Positions 11,400 through 22,182 of a stretch of 64,000 bases of DNA are shown here, one piece after another. Position numbers and translations under genes: made by a program. The first letter of the stretch is position 1. Each line of letters opens with the position of its first letter. Under the pieces are notes generated by a model, which was given only the letters and a program-made list of their open reading frames with translations, searched no databases and was not told the origin of the DNA. Source of the stretch: Mobula hypostoma (Eukaryota); NCBI RefSeq assembly GCF_963921235.1, contig NC_086100.1, positions 199,394,001-199,458,000 on the forward strand, given 5' to 3'.

Positions 11400-14232
11400 T
11401 GGTAACTGCTGCTTCCCATGTTTGTCTGGTGCTATAAAGCAAGCTGGAGTGGCCTCTCCAGGGCCCAAGCCAGGGCAGAGTTGATGTGGAGATCCGTCTG
11501 TTGCCCATGCAGTGGGACCACTCTCTCCAGGCTGATGACAGGTCCACAGGAACAACGAAAGTCGGTACGGTTTGGTGCCAGCAGCATTGCAGGAGTTGCC
11601 GTGCCGGTGCTGGGTACAGCAGTCAGCCGCCCACGGGACTCCGACTCCGGATTTTTCCTTGGGGTTTACTCCCGAAGCCTTTCCCGTGAGCGGGTATAGC
11701 CGCAGAGGTTTGAAATTGGAGTTTTCCCTCTCCTAGATGAGCTACCATCTGCCCGAGCCCATCTGCCCGCAGCAACTGGTTTTAAGATGCCTGTGGCCCG
11801 CTTGTGCCCCTTTGTATAACCCAGTTACTGGTTATAAGTCATAATGCTTGATTGGCGTAGAGCGTGGCGCCAGGGGTTGCTTCTGACGGTGGGAGAGACC
11901 ATTGCGTTTCACTGGACAGCTACTGCCCGCCTAAAGCTGGGCAGCCCCCAGCCGATAAGCTGCTGTCCCGCCAGAGTCAGTCACCCTCATTGGGTGCATG
12001 GGGACAATAGATTATTCCACTAAGAGCTGACTGCAACTACGCACCAGACAAGAAAGAAAACAAATCAAATAAGACAACATCCCTCATTGGGATGTTGGAA
12101 TGTCCGCACAGTGATGACTGGACTTGACCAAAACCTCAAGGATATTGAAGATGCACAAAAAACAGCGGTCGTTAACAATGAGCTACTAAGGCTCAAGGTA
12201 GATATGGCTACCCTACAAGAAACACGTTTGGCAGATTCAGGTACACTGAAGGAAAGGGACTACACATTTTTCTGGCAGAGAAGGAACCAGGACAAGCCCC
12301 ACGAGCATGGAGTGGGTTTTGCCATTGGGAACTCCTTGTTGCAAATGGAGTAGCCACCAGAAAATGGATCAGAGCGAATTATGACTCTCTGCCTACACAC
12401 CAGTCATGGCCCAGTACCTCTCGTCAGTGTGTATGCCCCTACCCTGAACTCCACCTCTGAGGCAAAAGGCATGTTCTACGACAAATTAGAAGCTGTTGTC
12501 AGGAATATTCCCAGTGATGAGCATCTCCTTCTCCTTGGTGACTTCAACGTCAGAGTGGGAGCCGATAATGATTCCTGGCCGTCTTGTCTTGGCCACTTTG
12601 GAATTGGCAAAATAAATGACAATGGACAACGTCTCCTGGAGTTCTGCTCCTATCATGGCCTGTGTGTAACTAACTCCTACTTTCAGACGAAGTCGCAGTA
12701 CAAGGTCTCATGGCGACATCCACGGTCTAAACACTGGCACCAACTAGACATGATCATCATCATGGGCTCTTTCAGTTTCTCCTCATGATTGGCTGACCCC
12801 CGAAACTCCAAAGTATCATCAAGTCATTCCATGACGACATGAGGGCTACTGTTCAGTACGATGGCAGCTCATCAGAACCCTTCGCTGTTCGTAGTGGAGT
12901 CAAACAAGGATGCGTGTTGGCCCCAACATTATTTGGCATCTTCTTCTCGCTGCTATTGAAGCACGCGTTTGGGACGTCGACAGAAGACATCTACATGCAC
13001 ACCAGGTCTGATGGGCGGCTGTTCAACCCTGCGCGTCTGAGAGCAAGAACAAAGGTGCGAAAGATTTTAATATGTGACATGCTCTTTGCCGATGACGCCG
13101 CTATAACCTCGCACACCAAACAGCAACTACAAACTCTCATAGACCGCTTCTCTAAGGCATGCAAGGACTTCAGGCTTACCATCAGCCTAAAGAAAACAAA
13201 TGTCCTTGCCCTGAACGTAATGGAGACACCAGTCATTACCATCGACAATTACGATCTAGAAGTGGTCCACGAGTTCACATACTTGGGGTCGACCACTAGG
13301 GACATTCTCTCCCTCGATGCTGAAATCAATAGGCGTATTGGCAAAGCAACATCAATCCTTGCTCGACTCTCCTCACGGGTCTGGGAGAATCCAAAACTTG
13401 CTACAAAGACCAAGATTGCCACGTACAATGCATGTGTTATCAGCACCCTGCTGTATGGTAGCGAGACTTGGACCATCTACTCCAAACAGGAGAGGAAACT
13501 CAATAGTTTTCACCTGCGCAGCCTTCGCCGCATCCTCAGCATCACCTGGAGAGACAAAGTCCCAAACTCTGAGGTCCTCTCCCACGCTGGACTTCCCACA
13601 ATGTTCACGCTTTTAAGACAACGCAGATTGGCCATGTCCGTCATATGAAGGATGGTAGACTGCCAAAGGACATCCTCTACAGAGAACCAGCAACAGGCAA
13701 GAGGAACGTTGGTAGACCCCAGCTTCACTTCAAGGACCTCTGCAAGCGCAGCATGAAAGCCTTAAAAATCAACACAGAGTGCTGGGAGGATACAGCAGAT
13801 GACCACAACAAATGGCGAGGTACTTTTCAGCAACACCTACAGCAAGGCGAATGAGTGATCCTGAACAACAGGAATTCTGCAGATGCTGGAAATTCAAGCA
13901 ACACACATCAAAGTTGCCGGTGAACCCTTCAGGGTCTCGGCCTGAAACGTCGACGGCACCTCTTCCTACAGATGCTGCCTGGCCTGCTGCGTTCACCAGC
14001 AACTTTGATGTGTGTTGAGTGATCCTGAGTCAGTTTGAGGAGCGGAGAGGTAAACAGAGAGCACAGCGGACAGCGGACAACAATTCCACGACGCCCTACA
14101 CGTGCAGCAACTGTGGCAGAGCCTACCGTTCCAGGGTCGGCCCCAATAGCCACAGTCGACACTGCTCGACAAACCAGTGACTCCCAGAGGCGCAGTACCC
14201 ACGGTCGACCACGGCCGACGGAGGCTACACAC
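11400..14232 (+). mobile_element. RTE-clade LINE with internal deletion, inserted in a CR1 fragment
   Basis: 10-bp TSD AGAGGCTATC (11390-11399, 14233-14242); EN GCWNVRT, LQETR, LLGDFN; RT GVKQGCVLAPTLF, LFADD, YLGS; terminal CSNCGRAYRSRVGPNSH. EN joins mid-RT near 12770. Confidence 0.88.
13865..14015. mobile_element. short foldback Penelope-derived insertion inside the RTE
   Basis: TSD TGAGTGATCCTGA (13852-13864, 14016-14028); inverted ends caacacacatcaaagttg/caactttgatgtgtgttg; same family as 62577-63582. Confidence 0.8.
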
Positions 14233-15054
14233 AGAGGCTATCGAGACACAGAGAGAGACCTTGGAATACAAGATCAAATATCCCTGAAGGTGACAATAAA
14301 GAGAGAACTGGGAAGGAGACAATGAAGCTTCTTAAGCTACAGGGAGGCAACTTCATCTTCCATCTGGACACGTTGCAGCCTTTTCGGATCATTTGATTCT
14401 TCATTCGGGGTGGGGGGGGTGAAGCTTAGAAGGTGCTACGCCTTGCCCGTGTGACCTGCAGGCTAGCAGAGGGAGGGAATGGCTGACACCTCTTTTGGTA
14501 GAGCATATCTCCACTCCACCACACACAGCTGTCTTTTTGGATATAATGTTGTTTCTACACCACCAGGTCACCTGATTTCTGGCCGTATCAGTCATTCATC
14601 TGTGATATTGGCTCAGCTTGTTGCTTTCTTTCCCGTTGTTCCCTGTTTCATCCTCTGGGAGTGGGTGATGTTTCCTGCCTGAGCCAGTGGGCATGTCTGC
14701 CTGCTTTGTGTTTCACAATTTCAACATTCTTCCCTCTATGTTATGTCTGTAGAGTTATACAGCGCAGACACAAACCTTCGTCTCAACGGGCCCATACCCA
14801 CTTGAGCCAGTCCTATTTCCCAGGGTGTGACCCCATCCCTCTGAACATTTCCGATCCGTGTCAGCCGGTGATCAGAGTGGAGTGGGGAAGAAGTGGGAAT
14901 GAAAAGCAGCAGCAGCAGATGGAGTATTAAACGTGGAGTGGCCTTGGGCCTGGTCTATGTGCGTTAAAGTTTCTGTATTAAACGTGGAGTGGCCTTGAGC
15001 CTGGTCGTTAAAATTTTTGTAGCTTCTGCCTGATGTGAGAGGGGAGACAAGAGA

Positions 15055-17172
15055 ATAGAGTCATAGAAAAGTACAGCACAGAAACAGGCCCTTTGGCCAA
15101 CATAGACTGTACCGAAGAATTAAACCTGTCTACGCCCATTGATCTGCACCTGGACCCCTACCATCAAAACTGAGCTGACTGTTAAAACTTCTCTTAAACG
15201 TTGAAATCGAGCCTGCATGCACCACTTGCACTGGCAGCTCATTCCACACTCTCACAACCCTCTGAGTAAAGAGCTTCCCATCATGTTCCCTTTAACTTTT
15301 CACCTTAACCCATGACCTCTAGTTATAGTCCCACCCAACCTCAGGGGAATTTACCCTACCTCATATTTTTGTATACCTCTATCAAATCTCCCCTCAGTCT
15401 TCCAAGGAATAAAGTCCTAATCTTTTCAATCTTCCCTTGTAAATCAAGTCCTCCAGACCAGGCAACATCCATATCAATTTTCTCCATACTCTTTTAACAT
15501 TATTGACATCTTTCCTGTAGGTAACATAGAAACATAGAAAGCCTACAGCGCAATACAGGCCTTTCAGCCCACAAAGCTGTGCCAAACATGTCCTTACCTT
15601 AGAGTTTACCTAGGGTTACCCAAGACCAAAACTGTACACAAAACTCTGGATTAGGCTTCACCAACATCTTATACAACCTCAACATAACATCCAATCTCTT
15701 GTACTCTGTGCTTTGATTTATGAAGCACAATGTGCAAAAGTTTTCTTTACCACTGTATCAACCTGTAACTCCACTTTTAATAAATTATGGCCTTCTATTC
15801 CCAGTGTCTTTGTTCTACCACACTCCTCAGTGCCCTACCATTCACTGTATAAGACCTACCCTGGTTGGTCCTACTGAAGTGCAAAACCTCACACTTGTCT
15901 ACATTAAATTCCATCTGCCATTTTTCAGTTCATTTTTCCATCTGGTCCAGATCTCTCTGCAGGCCATGATAGTCTTGCTTGCTGACCACATCCCCAATCT
16001 TGGTGTCATCCAAATATTTGTTGATCCAGTTAACCATACTATCATCCAGATCATTGATATAGATGTCAAAGAACAATGGACTAAACACCAATCCCTGTGG
16101 CACTCCACTAATCACGGGCCTCCAATCGGAGAGACAACCATCTACTACCACTCTCTGGCTTCTCCCACAAAGCTAATGTCTAATGCAATTGGAATCCACC
16201 TTGATTACCAAGCAACTGAACCTTCTTAACCAGCCTCCCATGCGGGATCTTGTCAAAGGCCTCGCTAAACTCCATGTAGACAACATCAACAATCTTGCCT
16301 TCATCAGCTTTCCTGGTAACTTCCTCAAAATACTCTATGAGATTGGTTAGACATGACCTACCACATATAAAGCCATGCTAATTATCCCGAATCAGCGTTT
16401 GGCTATCCAAATGCTCACATATTTGATCCCTTCAAATACTTTCCAATAACTTTCACACTTCTGATGACAGGCTCACTGGCCTATAACTTCCAATGTTAAT
16501 TTTAGAGGCTTTCTTAAACAGCAGAACAATATTAGCCATCCTCCAGTTCTCTGGTACCTCTCCTGTCACTAAGGATCATTTAAATATCTCTGTTAGGACC
16601 CTTGCAATTTCTGCACTTGTCCCCGGAGCAGCTTATCAGGCCCTGTGGATTTATAAGCCTAATTTGCCTCAAGACAGCAAACACCTACTCTTCTGTGAAC
16701 TCTACAGGGTCCATGGACTCGCTGTTGCTTTGCTTCACTTCTATCGACTCTGTGCCCATCACCTGAAAAAATACAGATTCAAAAAATGCATTCAAGAAAA
16801 AATTCTCCCCCATCTCTTTTATCTCCACATATGAATTGCCATTCGGATATTCCAGATGACCAACTTTGTCCCTTGCAATCCTTTTGCTCTTAACATATCT
16901 GTGGAATCCCTTTGGATTCTCCTTCACCTTGTCTGCTAGAGCAGCCTCCTGCCTTCTTTCAGCCCTCCTGATCTCTTTCTTGCATTTCTCACACTTCCTA
17001 AGCAGCTCATTCGTTCCTACCTGCCTACACCTGCTATGCACCTCCTCTTTTTTTTCTTAACCAGGGCCTCAATATCTCTTGAAAACCAAGGTTCCCTACC
17101 TGAAAACCTGTTATCTTTACCTTTTATTCTGACAAGCAGATACAAAATTTGTATTCTCAAAATTTCACTTTT
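15055..17172 (-). mobile_element. decayed CR1 ORF2 (host of the L1 insertion; continues 22199-22270)
   Basis: ENPKGFHRYVK, SGVPQG, YLDDTK fragments; CR1 3' tail near 15060. Confidence 0.8.
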
Positions 17173-17528
17173 CTTTTCTTTTTAAATCTTTTTATTGAGT
17201 AAGTATACAAAAAAGGTAAGCCATATAAACATTAATACAATGTTAAAGTATAATAAAATTCCAAAAGATAACAATACCAAAAAGAAAATACTACAAACAA
17301 TGTAATTTAAGCATAAGAAACCAAGATAACATAATAGTATACTAGATTTTATATATATCAATGGAAAAAAAAAGAAAAAAAAACCCCAAAAAAAAACCCA
17401 CCGTGCAACTAACTAAAAGCAAAGCAAAGCAATGGGCTAACTTGAAACCAAACAGAGTTAAACTTAAAATCACGTCCTCAATCCCGACCTCCATTAAAAC
17501 AGTGAAGAAAAAACAAGAAGGGTAAATA

Positions 17529-20500
17529 TTACATTAAATGAAAATATCGAATAAAAGGTCCCCAAATCTGTTCAAATTTAAATGAAGAATCATAAAGGTT
17601 ACTTCTAATTTTCTCCAGATTCAAACATAAAATCGTCTGAGAAAACCAAAAAAAGGTAGTTGGAGCATTAAGCTCTTTCCAATGTTGTAAAATACATCTT
17701 TTCGCCATTAAAGTAAGAAATGCAATCATTCTACGGGCTGAAGGGGAAAGATTACTAGAAATTTTAGGTAGTCCAAAGATAGCAGTAATAGGGTGAGGAG
17801 AGATATCTATATTTAATACCTTAGAAATAATATTGAAAATATCTCTCCAAAAAGTTTCCAAAGTAGGGCAAGACCAAAACATATGAGTTAAAGAGGCTAT
17901 CTGCCCCGAACATCTATCACAGAAAGGATTAATATGCGAGTAAAAACGCGCTAACTTATCTTTGGACATATGTGCTCTATGAACCACTTTAAATTGAATT
18001 AGGGAATGTTTAGCACAAATAGAGGAAGTATTAACTAATTGTAAAATCTGCCCCCAATCATCCACAGAAATGGTAAGCCCCAATTCCTGTTCCCAATCTA
18101 CCCTAATCTTATCAAATGGAGCTTTCCTAAGTTTCATAATAATATTATAAATCATAGCCGATGCACCTTTCTGACATGGATTAAGGTTAATTATCGAATC
18201 TAAAATATATATAGGAGGAAGCATTGGAAAGGAAGAAAGTATAGTACTTAGGAAATTTCTAACTTGTAAATATCTAAAAAAATGTATTCTTGATAAGTTA
18301 TATTTATTAGATAATTGTTCAAAAGACATAAGGGAACCATCTAAAAATAAATCCAAAAACCGTAAAATACCCTTAGTCTTCCAAGTTTGAAAAGCGCGAT
18401 CCGTAAAAGAGGGAGGAAAAAATATGTTACCTAAAATAGGAATCGCTAACCCGAATTGATTAAGATCAAAAAATTTTCTGAATTGAAACCAAATGCGCAA
18501 AGCATATTTAACTATCGGGTTAGAGACCTGCTTAAGACGTTTCGAATCAAAAGGAAGAGAGGAACCTAAAATAGAACCAAGTGTATAACCCTGAACAGAT
18601 TGTAATTCCAATGCTACCCATTTAGGAATAGATAGTATGTCCCGGTCAAGTAACCAAAATTTCATATGTCGAATATTAATAGCCCAATAATAAAATCTAA
18701 AGTTAGGTAATGCTAAACCTCCATCTCTCTTAGCTTTCTGTAAATGTATTTTACCCAGTCTCGGATTCTTATTCTGCCAAATAAATGAAGAAATTTTAGA
18801 GTCAACTTTATCAAAAAAAGATTTAGGAACGAAAATTGGTAATGCCTGAAACACATATAAAAATTTTGGCAAAAAAAACATCTTAACTGCATTAATACGA
18901 CCAATCAAAGTTAAATATAAGGGAAACCATTTAGATGAAAGTTGAGTAATATGGTCTATTAATGGTAAAAAGTTAGTCTTAAATAAATCTTTATGTTTAC
19001 AAGTAATTTTAATCCCAAGATATGAAAAGTAATTATTAATCAATTTAAATGGAAATTTATAATATAAGGGAAGATGTTTATTAATCGGAAAAAGTTCACT
19101 CTTACTAAGATTTAATTTATAACCTGAGAAAAGACCAAATTGTGCTAATAACTCTAAAACAGCAGGAATGGATCTCTCAGGATTAGAAATATATAAAAGT
19201 AAATCATCAGCATAGAGTGATAATTTATGGGACTTTAATCCCCGAGTTATCCCAGTAATATTTGAAGATTCTCGAATAGCAATTGCAAGAGGTTCTAATG
19301 CAATATCAAATAATAGGGGACTAAGAGGACAGCCTTGTCGAGTACCACGAAAGAGAGGAAAAAAAGGTGAGTTTAAGGAGTTAGTACGAACCGAGGCTAC
19401 AGGGGAGTGATATAACAGTTTAATCCAGGATATAAATTTCAAGCTAAAATTAAACATTTCAAGCACCTTAAATAAATAAGGCCATTCTACTCTATCAAAA
19501 GCTTTCTCGGCATCTAAAGAAATAACACACTCAGGAACATTTTGTGAGGGAGTATAAACGATATTTAACAATGTACGAATATTATAAAAAGAGTAACGAC
19601 CTTTAATAAAACCCGTTTGGTCTTCCGAAATAATAGAAGGAAGCACTTTTTCTAGTCTATTTGCTAATAACTTAGAAAAAACTTTAGAATCAACATTTAA
19701 TAAAGATATTGGTCTATAAGATGCACATTGAGCAGGGTCTTTATCCTTCTTTAGTATTAAAGAAATTGATGCTCTATTAAAAGATTCCGGAAGTTTACCA
19801 AGTTTCAAAGAAGCCTCAAAAACCTTATAGAGCCAAGGAATCAATAAAGAAGCAAAACATTTATAAAATTCAACGGTAAACCCATCAGGGCCAGGAGCTT
19901 TCCCCAGATTCATAGAAAAAATAACATTCTTAATCTCATCCATTGTAATGGAAGTATCTAATAAAGAAGACATATCCTGTGAAATCAGAGGGAAGTCTAA
20001 CTTATCTAAAAAATCATTCATATATTTAGAATCTCGAGGAGACTCTGATTGATATAAAGAAGAATAAAAATCACAAAAGGTTTGATTAATCCCCACATGA
20101 TCCAATATCAATCGATCATTTTGGTTATAAATCTGATTGATTTGAGATTTAACATAATTAGATTTCAATTGATTAGCCAGCAGCTTGCCAATTTTATCAC
20201 TGTGAACATAAAAATCACTTCTTGTTTTCTTTAATTGGTTTACAATCGAGGACGAGAGTAGTAAACTGTGTTCCATTTGAAGTTCAGTTCTTTGTTTGTA
20301 TAGCTCCTCAGAAGGAGCCATAACATATTTCTTATCAATTTCTTTAATCTTGTCCACAATTACCATCTCCTCCTGCTTCTGTTTCTTCCTCAAAGCAACG
20401 GAATACGAAATAATCTGACCCCGAATATAGGCTTTAAAAGTGTCCCAAAGAGTGTTAACCGAAATATCTTCTGTATGGTTAATTGTAAAAAAAAGCTCAA

Positions 20501-21305
20501 TCTGTTCATTCATAAAATTAACAAAGTCCGAGTCCTGAAGCAACAGCGAATTAAAACGCCATTGTCTATTGTTTGGTATATTGGCCATAATTTTAATAGA
20601 AAGCTTAAGTGGAGCATGATCCGAAATGGTTATAGAATCATAATCACATTTAATCACTGAAGGAATGAGACGAGAATCAATGAAAAAATAATCAATTCTT
20701 GAATAGGAATGATGAACATGTGAAAAGAAGGAAAAATCTTTTTCCTGAGGATGCAGAAAACGCCAAATGTCCGTCGACCCAGAATCAGAAAGGAAAAAAT
20801 TAATCAAATTTGCAGATTTATTAGGTAAAGTCCGTAAAGGAGCCGAACGGTCCAAAGCTGGAGATAAACAGGTATTAAGATCTCCGCCCCAAATCAATGA
20901 AAACTCGTTCAAATTCGGAAACTGATCAAACAATGATTTATAAAATTCCGGACAATCCATATTAGGAGCATAAACATTAACCAAAACTACTTTTTTATTA
21001 AATAATAAACCACTAACCAATAAAAATCTACCATTCGGATCAGAGATAATATCCTGTTGTATAAAAGTAACTGAGGAGTCTATGAAAATAGAGACGCCTC
21101 GAATCTTAGCATTGGAGTTCGAATGAAATTGTTGTCCCTTCCAGAATTTGAAAAAACGTAGTCTGTCCCCCCTCCGTACATGGGTCTCTTGTAAAAATAA
21201 AATTTGTGCTTTAAGTCTCCGGAACACTTTAAAAACTTTTTTCCTTTTAATAGGATGATTAAGACCATTAGTATTCCAGGAGACAAAATTAATAATAGAC
21301 TCCAT
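17529..21305 (-). CDS. L1 ORF2: APE endonuclease, reverse transcriptase and C-terminal Cys/His domain, uninterrupted (1258 aa from MESIINF)
   Basis: SWNTNGL, FLQETH, GGDLN, SRIDYF, SDHAP (EN); KAPGPDG, YRPISLLN, SLDAEKAFD, GTRQGCPLSP, LYADD, YLGI (RT); CDRC...HMFWSC. Confidence 0.95.
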   Translation of the reverse strand: MESIINFVSWNTNGLNHPIKRKKVFKVFRRLKAQILFLQETHVRRGDRLRFFKFWKGQQFHSNSNAKIRGVSIFIDSSVTFIQQDIISDPNGRFLLVSGLLFNKKVVLVNVYAPNMDCPEFYKSLFDQFPNLNEFSLIWGGDLNTCLSPALDRSAPLRTLPNKSANLINFFLSDSGSTDIWRFLHPQEKDFSFFSHVHHSYSRIDYFFIDSRLIPSVIKCDYDSITISDHAPLKLSIKIMANIPNNRQWRFNSLLLQDSDFVNFMNEQIELFFTINHTEDISVNTLWDTFKAYIRGQIISYSVALRKKQKQEEMVIVDKIKEIDKKYVMAPSEELYKQRTELQMEHSLLLSSSIVNQLKKTRSDFYVHSDKIGKLLANQLKSNYVKSQINQIYNQNDRLILDHVGINQTFCDFYSSLYQSESPRDSKYMNDFLDKLDFPLISQDMSSLLDTSITMDEIKNVIFSMNLGKAPGPDGFTVEFYKCFASLLIPWLYKVFEASLKLGKLPESFNRASISLILKKDKDPAQCASYRPISLLNVDSKVFSKLLANRLEKVLPSIISEDQTGFIKGRYSFYNIRTLLNIVYTPSQNVPECVISLDAEKAFDRVEWPYLFKVLEMFNFSLKFISWIKLLYHSPVASVRTNSLNSPFFPLFRGTRQGCPLSPLLFDIALEPLAIAIRESSNITGITRGLKSHKLSLYADDLLLYISNPERSIPAVLELLAQFGLFSGYKLNLSKSELFPINKHLPLYYKFPFKLINNYFSYLGIKITCKHKDLFKTNFLPLIDHITQLSSKWFPLYLTLIGRINAVKMFFLPKFLYVFQALPIFVPKSFFDKVDSKISSFIWQNKNPRLGKIHLQKAKRDGGLALPNFRFYYWAINIRHMKFWLLDRDILSIPKWVALELQSVQGYTLGSILGSSLPFDSKRLKQVSNPIVKYALRIWFQFRKFFDLNQFGLAIPILGNIFFPPSFTDRAFQTWKTKGILRFLDLFLDGSLMSFEQLSNKYNLSRIHFFRYLQVRNFLSTILSSFPMLPPIYILDSIINLNPCQKGASAMIYNIIMKLRKAPFDKIRVDWEQELGLTISVDDWGQILQLVNTSSICAKHSLIQFKVVHRAHMSKDKLARFYSHINPFCDRCSGQIASLTHMFWSCPTLETFWRDIFNIISKVLNIDISPHPITAIFGLPKISSNLSPSARRMIAFLTLMAKRCILQHWKELNAPTTFFWFSQTILCLNLEKIRSNLYDSSFKFEQIWGPFIRYFHLM

Positions 21306-22026
21306 AAATCCTAAAGTCAACCCATAACAAGGAGGATTGACAATAGGCGCGACCCACAAACCCGGAGAGGAAACAGAACATACAAAAGATACCGGGGAAA
21401 AGGACGCAACCAATACTTCAATAATGTATATAGCCCAAAGAGAAACAAACTAAAACGTGAAGCCCCTCCCACCGCCCCCCACCCCAGGACCCCAAGGCGA
21501 AATCTAAAGCAGACCCGCCAGAAAGAAGCAAGCGCTAAAACTACCCCCATGACTTCCGGTATACGCTCCCTAAAAAAAAGGTATAAATATGAAAAGGATC
21601 AGCTAATTGTAAAACAGTAAAAAAATAAGTAAAAAAAAGTTAGCTCAATTAAAATACACACAGAACAGAACAAAAGCCGGAAAGTATATATTAAAAAAAA
21701 ACCACAATAAACCTCAAACTCATGAATAGACACAGCAACAAAAAAAATAGGATTATTAACATAAAATGATTATAAAAAGCAAAACAGAATAAAATTTAAA
21801 AAAAAACTACAAAATTTAAGGCCGCACAGGAAATACGTAAGATGACAAAAGGGAAGTAACCACCCAGAATCCCCTGGGAAAAGAAAGAAATGACGCAGTT
21901 AAAAAGAAAGTTTAGCAGCCATATTAAGAAATCGAAAGTAAACTTTTCTGCCCAAATAGGGCACAGAAAAGTTAAAACCAACCAATTCACAGCCTCCGAT
22001 CAATGGAGAAAATTAAAAAAAGGCAA

Positions 22027-22182
22027 TTAAGATGTTGAAGATGAAAGTTGATCCAGATAACTCTGGGCATCCGATGGAGAATCAAAAAAACGAAGGGCTC
22101 CATCTAACATGCGAATCCTTAGACGTGCAGGGTACAGCAGCGCTGGTCTTAAATCCATCTTATAGAATTCCGACATCACGGA
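22027..22182 (-). pseudogene. C-terminal remnant of L1 ORF1
   Basis: Hand translation SVMSEFYKMDLRPALLYPARLRIRMLDGALRFFDSPSDAQSYLDQLSSSTS*; LLYPARLRI...FDSP is the conserved L1 ORF1p C-terminal motif. Confidence 0.85.

Larger units (their letters stand above)
17173..22182 (-). mobile_element. L1-clade LINE, 5'-truncated within ORF1, inserted in a CR1
   Basis: Perfect 16-bp TSD TCAAAATTTCACTTTT at 17157-17172 and 22183-22198; A-rich 3' end on the minus strand; CR1 sequence resumes at 22199. Confidence 0.93.

Noticed and set aside
11530..11565. CUGAUGA...CGAAA hammerhead-like motif in the RTE leader
   Set aside because: No stem II pairing (C opposite C) and no convincing stems I and III.
13925..13960. 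Hammerhead in the small foldback insertion
   Set aside because: The CUGANGA half is deleted; only stem II-GAAAC-GUC remains.
21306..21413. 36-aa N-terminal extension of L1 ORF2 in the ORF track
   Set aside because: It starts at a non-ATG codon in the inter-ORF spacer; EN homology begins just after the ATG at 21305.
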